64,000 nucleotides of DNA. It comes from Zygnema circumcarinatum SAG 698-1b (Eukaryota > Plantae > Zygnematophyceae). The notes beneath the pieces are model-generated. The model had not been told where the DNA came from and made no database searches. It saw only the letters and a program-made list of their open reading frames with translations. Below are positions 1 through 11,696 of the stretch, in pieces; positions within the stretch are counted from its first letter, which is position 1; each line of letters begins with the position of its first letter. The stretch lies in contig CM074811.1 of assembly GCA_037447605.1 (NCBI GenBank), positions 3,038,001 through 3,102,000 on the forward strand, read 5' to 3'. The position numbers were made by a program, and so were the translations under genes.

Positions 1-160
1 CTCATCATCATCCTCCCCCTCATCGCTTCCCCCTCCCCCCACTCCCCTCTCCCCTCTCCCCGCTCTCCTCTCCCCACTCTCCTTTCCCCNNNNNNNNNNC
101 CCCCCCCCCCCCCCCCCCCCCCCCCGCGCTCTCCCTCGCCCTCTCCGGTCCCCGCCTCAC

Positions 161-1736
<1,576 letters not shown>

Positions 1737-1737
1737 C

Positions 1738-1925
1738 TAGGGTTCAGGGTTTAGGGTTAGGGTTGGGGTTTAGGGTTCAGGGACGAGGCTACGGGGCGGA
1801 GGGGAGAGGGGCTTGGGAATGAGGGTGAGGCTTCTTCGTTGCGGGCTAAGCGTTTGGGGCTTAGGGTGGACGATTTCACGGCTGAGGGCGTGAGGGTGAG
1901 GGTGAGGGTTCAGGGTTGAGGGTGG
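1738..1925. repeat. Degenerate (T)TTAGGG telomere-like / telo-box tract in the PCNA 5' leader
   Basis: ggttcagggtttagggttagggttggggtttagggttcag and further gagggt/cagggt units directly upstream of the ATG. Confidence 0.75.
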
Positions 1926-2168
1926 AGGCTGGCGGGAGTGAGACAGAAGGCTTTGGGTTGTTTGACAGGGCGTGGAGAAGTTTTTGTTTATTAAGGGGCG
2001 TTATTGGACGAGGTTCGGAGAGAAAGGACTTCGAGAGCCTCCCTCTGCCTCTCTTTCTCTCTCACTCTTCGCTCTGCCTGCTCACTCGCTACTGCTCTCG
2101 CCAATCCCTTCTCCCAGTCCGCACTCTCTCCCTCTCCCTCTCCTGCTCCCTCTCCCAATTTCCGCCTT

Positions 2169-2178
2169 CGCGCCAAAA
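2169..2178 (-). promoter_or_regulatory. E2F consensus site (TTTTGGCGCG) about 450 bp upstream of the PCNA ATG
   Basis: Plus strand cgcgccaaaa equals TTTTGGCGCG on the minus strand and matches TTTSSCGC. PCNA promoters are established E2F targets. Confidence 0.6.
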
Positions 2179-2631
2179 TTTTCGCCTTCAGAAAAGGGCG
2201 CCAACTGCCGTACGCTCCTTGCCTTAATCGTACGAAACTGTACTTTCTGAATTGTTCCCACATCGTACGGACCCTGGCAATGACATTTCTACGCTGTCTA
2301 TTTCTATGTTCGCAGTTACCGTAAAACCAGGCTGCACATGTGTCGGAGTTCATTTCTGGAGATTCTGTTTTGTTTGTCTGCTCGTTCTTCCGCCGCTTTG
2401 TGGCTGTCAATGTTCGGCCAACTGTTTGTTCTTTTTGAATTGAATTGTGCTTGAGGATGGCAGATCAAAATCATTTCGAATTGCACATTTTCAATTTTGC
2501 AATTTTTTATTTTTGTTCTAATTGTCTAACAATAATGGGCACAGGTCGGTCGGTGCATGCATGGCGTACACGCATTGCGCGCTTCCTTCCTTTTTCCGAC
2601 CCAAATCCCCCCCTTGGCCTCGAGTAGTGAG

Positions 2632-4899
2632 TCAGTTTTTGACCCCCACGAAGGTCCGCTCGAAGAGCGTGTTCGCCATGAGCCAGACGGCCCCGCCCCC
2701 CGCCAGCTCCTCCCCGAAGATCGCGCGCACCTCCGCCAGCACGCCGCCCGCCTTCTCCCTGCGCCCCTTCTTAAACCCTTCAGCGCGCCGCCGACCCAAA
2801 GGACACCCACCCCACGACCCCGACTCACGCCACGCGACGCGACGCGACGCGACGTGACGCGACGTGACGTGACGTGTCGTGACAGTTAAGAGTTACAGGT
2901 ACAGTTATAGTTACATGACGTGACGTGACGTGACATATGAAGGAATGGGAGAGAGGTAGGGTTAAGACATAGTGTGACGTCATCCATTTTTTTTGAAACG
3001 CAAACAGACGACACCAATCGAGTCCCTCACTTTGTCGCAGTTCGCACTTTGGGCCCTACTTCACAGATTTTGGGTTTTTGCTTTCGGTTTTTGTTTTTCT
3101 CGTTTTTTTGATCCGGTTTCATGGCAGGCGGTCCTTCCACTCCAAACCCTTCCGAAAACGACAAAACTTGCCAGACGGGTAGGGTTCCGGACCCTTCCAG
3201 TCCAAACCCTTCCGAAAACGACAAAAGTTGGCAGGCGGGTAGGGTTCAGGACCCTTCCAGTCCAAACCCTTCCGAAGACGACAAAAGCTGGCCGCGGGTA
3301 CGGTTCAGGACCCTTCCAGTGTAGAACCCCTACAGAAAACGACAAAAGCGGCCGTACCGTACCTTCCCCGGCCGTTGTACTTCATGGTCATGATGAGGCG
3401 GCCGCCCGGGCGGAGGGCGGGGAGGAGCGGGCGGAGCATGCGGGCGGCCTGGAGGGGGTGCTTGTTCACGTCGCACGTGAGAAGGTCGCACGGCGCGCCG
3501 CCACGCCATTGGCTCAGATCCTCCAGCCCGTCTTCCACCTGTCGCAACGGGCAAAAAAAAGAAAAAAATAAAATTTTCAAGTTTAGTTTACTTTTTTAAA
3601 GGGATTTGGTATTTTTGGGGGTTTCTTTTGCTTTTTAGAGGTTTTTAGGGTTGTTAGGTAGTTAGGGTTGTTAGGGTTTTTAGGGTTTTGAAAGTTTTGA
3701 GGGGTTTTGTCATTTTCAGGGTTTTTAGGGGTTTAGGGTTTAGGGGTTTTGTTGAGGGGTTTCAAAGTTTGTAGTAGACCATTCATAGTTTGAGGGAGTA
3801 ATTTTGTTTTTTTAGGTTTTTCAAATCGTTGTCTGTTTTGTTTGGATAGGGACGAGGGTTTGAGAAAGTTTGTTAGGGTTTTAGCGTCGCTGCCCGAAAA
3901 CCTTTTTTTGAATGTGCAGGACGTTGGGCTTGAGCACGCTCGCGCTGAGCTTCGCGGGGTCCACCGCCGCCACCCTCGCGACTCGGGCAGCCAAAAATTC
4001 CGTCCAGGCCCCGGGGGCTGCCCCCACATCCACTACTGCACAACCCACAGGGCTCAGATAAGGAGAGAGAAACAGAGGGAGAGGGGAAGAGAGGGAGAGG
4101 GAGAGATAGGGAGAGAGGGGGAATGAGGGGGAGAGAGGGAGGGGGAGAGAGGGGGAGAGAGGGGGAGAGGAGGGGGAGAGACGGGGAGAGAGGGGGAAAG
4201 AGGGGGAGAGAGAGGTGGGGGAGGGAGGGGGACAGTGGAGAGTGGGGGGGGGAGAGAGGGAGGGGGAGAGAGGGGGAGAGTGGGGGAGAGAGGGGGAGCG
4301 GGGGAGAGAGGAGGGAGGGGGAGAGAGAGGGGAGAGGAGGGAGAGGGGAGAGAGGGGAGAGGAGGGAGGGAGGGGGAAAGAAAGAGGGGGAGAGAGGGAG
4401 GGGGAGAGAGGGGGAGAGGAGGGGGAGAGAGGGGGAGAGGGGGAGAGAGGGGGAGAGGAGGGGGAGGGGGGGGAAAGAGGGGGAGAGAGGGAGGGGGAGG
4501 AGGGAGGGGGAGAGAGGGGGAGAGAGGGGAGAGGAGGGGGAGAGAGGGAGGGGAGAGAGGGAGGGGGAGAGAGGGGGGAGAGAGGGGGAGAGGAGGGAGG
4601 GGGAGAGAGGGGAGAGAGGGAGGCGAGGAGGGAGAGGGAAAGAGACAAACGGGGAGAGGGGGAGAGGGGAGAGAGGGAGGGAGAGGGAGGGAGAGGGGAG
4701 AGAGGGAGGGAGAGGGAGGGAGAGGGAGGGGAGAGAGGGGAGAGGAGGGGGAGGGAGGGGGAAAGAGGGGGAGAGAGGGAGGGAGAGGGAAAGAGACAAA
4801 CGGGGAGAGGGGGAGAGGAGGGGAGAGAGGGGAGAGAGGGGAGAGGAGGGGGAGAGAGGGGAAAGAGGGGGAGAGAGGGGAAAGAGGAGAGTGGGAGGG

Positions 4900-4939
<40 letters not shown>

Positions 4940-5525
4940 CACAGAGAGGCAGACAGAGAGAAAGGAAGCAAGACAAAAACAGACAGACAGAGAGAGAGAG
5001 AGACGGAGAGAGAGAAGAGAGAGAGAGAGGGAGGGGGAGAGAGGGGGAGAGAGGGGAGAGGAGGGGGAGAGAGGGGGGAGAGAGAGGGGAGAGAGGGGAG
5101 AGTGGGGGAGAGAGGGAGGGGGAGAGAGGGGGAGAGAGAGGGAGGCGAGGGAGGGAGAGGGGAAAGAGACAAACGGGGAGAGGGGGAGAGAGGGGAAGAG
5201 AGGGGAGAGGGAGGGGAGAGAGGGGAGAGAGGGAGGGAGAGGGAGGGGAGAGAGGGAGGGGAGAGGGGGAGAGGAGGGGGAGGGAGGGGGAGAGAGGGAG
5301 GGAGAGGGAAAGAGACAAACGGGGAGAGGGGGAGAGAGGGGAGAGGAGGGGAGAGAGGGGAGAGTGGGGGAGAGAGGGAGGGGGAGAGAGGGGAAAGAGG
5401 GGGAGAGAGGGGAAAGAGGGGGAGAGAGGGGGAGAGAGAGAGAGAGAGAGAGAGGGAGACACAGAGAGGCAGACAGAGAGAAAGGAAGCAAGACAAAAAC
5501 AGACAGACAGAGAGAGAGAGAGACG

Positions 5526-5589
<64 letters not shown>

Positions 5590-7607
5590 CACCCGTCATC
5601 CGGTCGTTCAGTTCCACTCCCTCCACCTGCAGCGCCTCCTCCAGTTTGCAGACCGCCCTCGAAGCGCACCCCTCGGCCCGCCCCGCCCGGTCGTTCGCGT
5701 GCAGCCACGTGTCAACGCCACGTGTCAGTCCGTACCGCACTCCGCCCTCCGCCTCGACCACGTTCAATGTATGTGTGAACGCGCGCGGCTGGAAGTCGAC
5801 AAGTGGCAGCTCGTCAATGAGCCACTCCGCCAGCTCACGCGGAAAGGTCTGAAGGCGGAGACGGAGATTCGAGCCTTTTGTCCCATTTAGGGTTTCCGAA
5901 ATTTCGGAAATTTTAAGATTTTGAAGGTTTTGAAGGCTTTGAAGGTTTTTAGGGTTTATGGCTGTTTGGGGGTCGATGGGGGTTTCAGAAATCTGTAAGG
6001 ATGGAGAATTTTCCTCCTCCTGGTGTCCGAATTTGTGGCCATTTCCATGATTCAGTTCTGTTTCAGTTCCAGTTGTTGTGCTCCCTTCTACTCCATTTTC
6101 TCTCCCTCTACTAAAGCTCCTCCACCGACTACTGCTAATTCTTCCGCTCCCTGAAACTGCTCTCTCTCTCTCTCCCTCGTCTCCCTCCACTCTCTCATCT
6201 CTCAACTTTCTGCCACCCTCTCTACTGTACTTGCCTTTACCCCTATTTCTGAGCATGGGGTTCGTGAATTTCCTTAATTCCGCTTTAGATTTATCACTAT
6301 TTCCAAAACTCCCATTTTCTCCGCCATGATTTCTCCCCTCAGCTTCTCTCCCTCCGTCAAAAGGACCTCCTACTTCAGTTGACTGAACGCTGCCACCTGG
6401 CAAGCACCCATTGGTCGATGATAAGTCTGAGTCTAATTCTTGGCACTTTGCCAATTTTTGGTCTGAAATTTCCTCTTCTGACTCGCACAATTTCTTTCCT
6501 TCTCCTTCCATATTATCAAATGTAATTTTTTCCGAAAAATCTGTAGAGTTTTCGACATCGCCGTCGGATAAAAACGGTCGGAGGAGCGTTCGCACGTGTG
6601 ACGCCATTCCGTTCCGTGATTCAGCATGGAAACCGCACCAATAGACACGGACAATGTATCTGAGCTCCACACAAACCCTAAAATGGAATAAATTAAAGGA
6701 AAAGAGAAATAGATATGTAACCGATAAAAGTAAGTTTTAGCAAGAAGCAATCACGACGAGATTTGCGAAGTACCTGTTCAAGAATGTTGTTTCAATGAGA
6801 TGAATGAAGTCTTGTCTAGAAGCAGTACATCGCTTGAGGAGGATCAAGCAGGGACCATAGTGGTCACTTCGAGGACCCAATTCCTCCGCCTCCTCTCCAA
6901 AACCGCCTCCTTTAGGAAAAACCTGCGGAAAAGTAGAAAAGAAACAACAGATAATAAGAAACAAGAATTAAAAGGAAACGAAAATCGGTCATAAGGGGAA
7001 CGGTTAGTACAGGATTAGGGTTAGGGTTCTGGGTTAAGGTTAACATTACGGTTGGTTAGGGTTAGGGTTAGGGTTAGGGTTAGGGTTGAGGTGAGGGTAA
7101 GAATTAGGGCTAGATTCAGGGTTAGGGTTAGAATTACGGTTGGGATTGGAATAAGGGTTAGGGTTAGGGTTAGAGTAATCGCTCGGGCAAGAGGTAGGTT
7201 TATCATCACTGAAAAAAGGAACTAGGGTTAGAAATATGGCAAATTATCAGAGCTGCGACTTTTTTGCAGAAATTCGATAAAATGGAACCAGAGATTACGG
7301 ACTCGTTTCGATATGCCTTTCTCAGTTGAAGTTAGGGTTCAGGATCAGGGTTTTAAGTTCAAGGGTTAAAGATTTTAGACGGAGTTTACGGGTCCAATGT
7401 TAGAGTTTAAGGTTTAACATAGGGTTTTAATTTAGGTCAGGGTCAAGACTTTAAGGGTTGAAGACTCCGGGTTGAGGGTTAAGGGTTTTAGGGTTTAAGG
7501 GATTGAGAATTTAAGGTTAGGGTTCAGACAAGCAGGCGCGGGTTGGCGGCGTAGAGGCAGAGGCGGTGGGCGTAGGTCTGACAGCCCATCTGCAGGACCA
7601 CGTCCAT
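2632..7607 (-). CDS. RlmM/FtsJ-type SAM-dependent RNA 2'-O-methyltransferase (~576 aa); exons 7607-7530 (tentative), 6922-6774, 6659-5593, 4035-3902, 3538-3363, 2758-2632
   Basis: Motifs ASRAVCKLEEAL, VVDVGAAPGAWT, VAAVDP, LTCDVN and LIMTMK match the RlmM/FtsJ pattern (SR..KLEEA, DLGA.PGGW, K-D-K-E tetrad positions). Exon phases 0/2/1/0/2 sum to 1731 nt. The first exon has a weak GTCTGA donor. Confidence 0.8.
2825..2935. repeat. (GCGAC/GTGAC)n pentamer microsatellite in the last intron of the methyltransferase
   Basis: cgcgacgcgacgcgacgtgacgcgacgtgacgtgac and a second gtgacgtgac run. Confidence 0.85.
3134..3350. repeat. 60-bp minisatellite, about 3.6 copies, intronic
   Basis: The unit ccttcca(c/g)tccaaacccttccgaaaacgacaaaa..ggc..g.gggtagggttc.ggac recurs at 60-bp spacing. 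Confidence 0.9.
4045..5586. repeat. 1.5-kb GA/GGA polypurine tract with internally duplicated blocks, filling intron 3 of the methyltransferase
   Basis: Almost no C or T on the plus strand. The block gacacagagaggcagacagagagaaaggaagcaagacaaaaacagac occurs at ~4938 and ~5458, and gaaagagacaaacggggagag occurs four times. Confidence 0.95.
7010..7175. repeat. Interstitial (TTAGGG)n tract; further degenerate tracts at ~3640-3745 and ~7325-7525
   Basis: gttagggttagggttagggttagggtt and degenerate neighbours inside the first intron. Confidence 0.85.
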
Positions 7608-8090
7608 GGCTGCCTCCAACGGAACAGCGCCGTTCTATGTGGGCTTCCCGCGTCCTATGCTGCAACCCTAATCCGTTCCAGACGACTTCACTGCGAAAAA
7701 ATCTCTCTGAATTGCAGCAAAAGAAAGGTCTGTGAATTTTCTCCCATTTCCATCTTCCTTCCCTAGTTTTTATTTACTTGTTTGATCCCTATTCTGAATA
7801 TTTTTGAGGTTAAGACTCCAATAGGAGCAAGGATTGCAGGGAGGGGTTCTATGAAGGTCTCCGAAACGCAGTTCAGTTATTCGCTACTGCAACACAACGT
7901 GATCTAATGTCCGTTCCGTATTGTTTCGTCCAGTTAGGAGCAACGCGATACAGTTCACATGCCTTAGTTCTATGTTGAAGCTGTTCCGTTTTACTGATCG
8001 TACGTAGGGAGTAGGGACATGGAGTTCCTTTCCGCCGTACAGTACGGAAACAGCACTTTAGCAAGGGTAGCACAGATCGGACCATTAGAC

Positions 8091-8830
8091 AAACCAGTCG
8101 ACTGGTTGGCAACCAGTGGTTGCGGACCGAAACAACCATTCGACTGGTTGCCAACCAGTGCCGCCGGATCGAAACAACCATTCGACTGGTTTGGAACCAG
8201 TGGATGCCACTGGTTGGCAACCAGTCGAATGGTTGCCAACCAGTGGCATCCACTGGTTGGAAACCAGTCGACTGGTTGCGAACCAGTGGCGCAGGACTGA
8301 AACAATCATTCGACTGGTTCGGAACCAGTGATCCAATGGTTGGCAACCATTGAATCTCTGAAATTATGCCTTTTTGCAAAAATGGGTCGTATGTGTTTTT
8401 TGGTGGGTTGCCAACCGTTGACAACTAGTGTAACAAGCCTGATGCGTACAGATGCGTACGAATCCGTACATCCGAGTCGTATGATTGTACGGAGATTCTG
8501 TACGGCCGAACCGTAATAGTTTTCTCCGAAACGCCGACGGCATTTTGGTAGCTGTAGCGTTCAGTTCGCTACAACTAGTGATTTAATGGTTGCCAACCAT
8601 TTCATTTAATGGATATAACCATTCGACTGGTTTGCCAACCAGTGCCGCCGGATCGAAACAACCATTCGACTGGTTGCCAACCAGTGGCATCCACTGGTTC
8701 CAAACCAGTCGACTGGTTGCCAACCAGTGGTTGCGGACCAAAACAACCATTCGACTGGTTGCCAACCAGTAGACGTCCAACCATTGCCATCCAATGGTTG
8801 TCCAATGGTTGCCGATCCACTGGTCCGAAC
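8091..8830. repeat. Two clusters (8091-8351, 8585-8830) of the 17-bp palindrome ACTGGTT-NNN-AACCAGT, about 15 copies
   Basis: Copies start at ~8101, 8143, 8185, 8209, 8228, 8252, 8271, 8313, 8335, 8585, 8626, 8668, 8693, 8712 and 8754, with re-used linkers. Confidence 0.9.
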
Positions 8831-8831
8831 T

Positions 8832-9290
8832 GTGAAGGGTAGTGCTAAATTCACACCTTTTTTGTCTAGACACAGACCTTTTTTCGCCGGGCAGATTTTA
8901 AAATAGACCAAAAAGGATTAAAAACAGAAAATGCTCTTTACACACCTTTTTGGTATCGATACACACCTTGTTCCGGCGGGCAGATTTTATTTCACAATCC
9001 GCTCGGAGCGGACGATCCGTTCGCCACGAGATCGTTCGCGGGTGTCCGTCCTTTACACGTGCGGTAAAGTGCAGCCGTCGATTCTCTCGCAGATCGCACC
9101 ACGGCAGATCACCATTCGATATGCAGCCGGGCTCGGTCCCAGCGAATGGCACGCGCCCACGTGTCCCACCCAGGTTAAAGTTAAGGTTGCTTTCTTAAGG
9201 TTGCAGCTTCGAGGAAAGGCGAAATACCGTACCTTGAAAGCTTGGACCAAGCACCATCAAACACGTGTTGTTTTGTATGACGTGGCTCTT
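8832..9290 (-). mobile_element. Truncated copy of the TIR element at 11697-12990, in inverted orientation
   Basis: Starts with the same tgtgaagggtagtgctaaattcacacc terminus. The interior is the reverse complement of ~12428-11990 (e.g. aatccgctcggagcggacgatccg, gcagcttcgaggaaaggcgaaat). Confidence 0.85.
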
Positions 9291-9899
9291 TTTGATTGGT
9301 GCAAGCACTCAATGAAAATTTTTTACAGCATTTCGCATTACATTTGGGTTCAGGGTTGCACTCTTGAATGGCCACTACTTATAGAACGACGCGAAAGCGC
9401 CCAGTGTTAAGCCCCCAGTGTTGGGCCTTTAGTGTTTTTTGTATCATCGATTTGCTCCATTTTCCCTCTAACCAGTCAAAAGGAGCAAACGCTCCTTGTG
9501 AGAGTGCAGGACATGAACAGGTAACGGAATGGACAGATTCTAGCGACAACTGCGGTTCCATGCGGCGACGCTCGTTCTGTGCCACGGCTTGAATCCAGCT
9601 CCGTGAGGTCCTGTTAGCCATACAGTTAACATTGGTTGACGAGTACAGTACTGTACTGTAACTGTAAGTCTGAAGATCCGATGCCGTACTGTTCCGTACG
9701 GTAAGGTAATCTGGCAGCCGAACCAAGAGGAGACTTCCAGGAAGCTTCCAGGACGTTTCTCTCTCTCTAAACATAAAAGCACGAATATCAAATGCGCATT
9801 TCTTTATGTTTTTTTTTTTTCCTTTTTTTTATTTCCTTTGTTGGAACGGAAGGTCACCTGGGGAGGTCAACTGGCAGCATTGCCATTGTCAAACATACA

Positions 9900-9930
<31 letters not shown>

Positions 9931-10008
9931 AAAAAAAAGAAAAAAAAAAAAAAAAGTCTTTGGGCCCCACAACGCTCTCTCAACACATGTTCAAACCACA
10001 GCTCCGAC

Positions 10009-11181
10009 TTACATCTGTTGCGGTATCAAGCGCACTTTGAACTTGTCCATAAAAGCAGCGTCCGTAGTTTTGAACAAGGAATACAGCGCATGCTTTTTGT
10101 GATCAATTCCGGCCTCCACCAGCGCCCTGTACCTCAGCTTCAGCCGCTGCTCAAGGGAGAGCTGCAGTACGGACGGGTAGATGCAGATCTCCTCCTTGGT
10201 ACGGCCCATCTCAGTCAATAAGAAGTCAATCTTGGACTTAATAGTATCCCAAGAGTTGCCAAGCAGTGAGGGTTGCCCTTTCACCATTTTCAAGGCTGGA
10301 AGGTCTCCGAAGTGCTGCTTGAGCTGCCTGTACGTGTTATCCATTGTGTCCCGTGGTACTAATAACATATATGGGTTACTCTGCAGCACTTTCTGAACTC
10401 TATCAGGCCCGAAAATACCCTCCAATCCAGCTACACCATCCTTGAAGTGATGGGCCTTTCTTCTAACGATCAAGGGGAAAAGAACGAGCACATTCTCTCC
10501 TGCCTTGTAAGGGAAGGTCGACCTCACAGCCTCAACTCCCTCCTTTATTGTTTCAGGACTGAAGGAGAGAATGCTAGGGTAGCTCTCCAGCATAGCGCCT
10601 GTGACAGGGACGCCTAACTCCTTCCATAGACGAGCCTTCGCCTCAAGAGTCTGCACACGGTCACTCAAAATTCCCGGCATTCTTCCTATCACCTTCCCTA
10701 AGTTCGTTACCTTCACAGTGTTCCGAAGGAACTCGATCACGCCTTCCTGCCTCACATCTGGAACAAGGAGCAAGTTGTTGCTGCGCTCTAAGGCGTTGAA
10801 AAAGTCGTGGGAGTTGACCCCATGGCTCTGGAAGAAAGCTGCTTTAGGTTTGATATGCTTATAGCCCCTTATAAGGATACTCTCCTTCTTATCAACAATG
10901 CGATGGACATCCTGCTGCGTGCATCCTAAGCTCAGGAGAGCGTCCACTGCTTCCTGGAGAGCCCTTGTCGAATCCGCAGCTTTTTCCTCAGCCACGGTGG
11001 CTCTGCCTGCACTCGCTTTGTCAAGTTTTTTTCCCCCCTTGCTGCTGCTGCTGTATCCATGGCGCCCTTGAAGGGACTGAGTGCAAGTGAGCTGTTCAAG
11101 GGATGGATGGTACCATGGTAGGCGGAACGGAGATCCGTTCCAGATGGTCCGGAGAAAAAAAGGAAGCAAGGAAGCCGCCAT
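10009..11181 (-). CDS. Intronless mTERF-family protein (~390 aa) with an N-terminal organelle-targeting-like region
   Basis: Single open frame from MAASLLPFF. mTERF repeat signatures: YPSILSFSPETIK, QPSLLGNSWDTIKSKIDFL, YPSVLQLSLEQRLKLRY. Confidence 0.88.
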   Translation of the reverse strand: MAASLLPFFLRTIWNGSPFRLPWYHPSLEQLTCTQSLQGRHGYSSSSKGGKKLDKASAGRATVAEEKAADSTRALQEAVDALLSLGCTQQDVHRIVDKKESILIRGYKHIKPKAAFFQSHGVNSHDFFNALERSNNLLLVPDVRQEGVIEFLRNTVKVTNLGKVIGRMPGILSDRVQTLEAKARLWKELGVPVTGAMLESYPSILSFSPETIKEGVEAVRSTFPYKAGENVLVLFPLIVRRKAHHFKDGVAGLEGIFGPDRVQKVLQSNPYMLLVPRDTMDNTYRQLKQHFGDLPALKMVKGQPSLLGNSWDTIKSKIDFLLTEMGRTKEEICIYPSVLQLSLEQRLKLRYRALVEAGIDHKKHALYSLFKTTDAAFMDKFKVRLIPQQM

Positions 11182-11696
11182 GGCGCGGACTTCTGAAGCA
11201 TGCGGCCGCTGATAGAGAGTCACTTCCTCATTTCTTGCTGCACAAGGCTTCCAGCACTCAACCCTAATCTCTAGACCCAACTCTGACTCTGATCCTTACC
11301 CTAATCCTAACCCTAACGCAAACCCTAACCCTAACCTTAAGCATCAGCTTGACCTGACTCTAAAATCATTTGTCATATCTCTAATCTGAGCCCTCTCCTG
11401 CCCGATGTCATCCATTGACCTCCTTGTTAGCAATGCAAAAATGAAATCAAAAAGACATTACAGTACTGTAACCAAGACAATCTAATACACTCCTATGCGG
11501 TATATTGTCGGCATTATTAAATGCATTATCACATTTGGCATTCCCATGGTGATATTACTGCACATTTCTCCCCCATTATCACCAATTGAACTCTCATTAT
11601 TGCTATCAAAAGGGGAAGAAAGAGGCGCACTGAGGGATGCGAGGCTGCAGAAGTGCAGAAGCTCCGGCTAACTGTACTGCCCTCATCACATAAAAT

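Noticed and set aside
3873-5890. Long 500-900 aa ORFs (PLSP-rich or GERGRE-rich)
   Set aside because: These are stop-free read-throughs of a GA/CT intronic tract. Real exons are delimited by GT-AG sites at 5593 and 4035.
7010-7175. True telomere or chromosome fusion site
   Set aside because: Short, degenerate, single orientation and inside an intron of an apparently intact gene
8091-8830. CRISPR array
   Set aside because: The repeats are palindromic, but the spacers are short (2-25 bp), unequal and re-used rather than unique. There are no cas genes and the context is eukaryotic.
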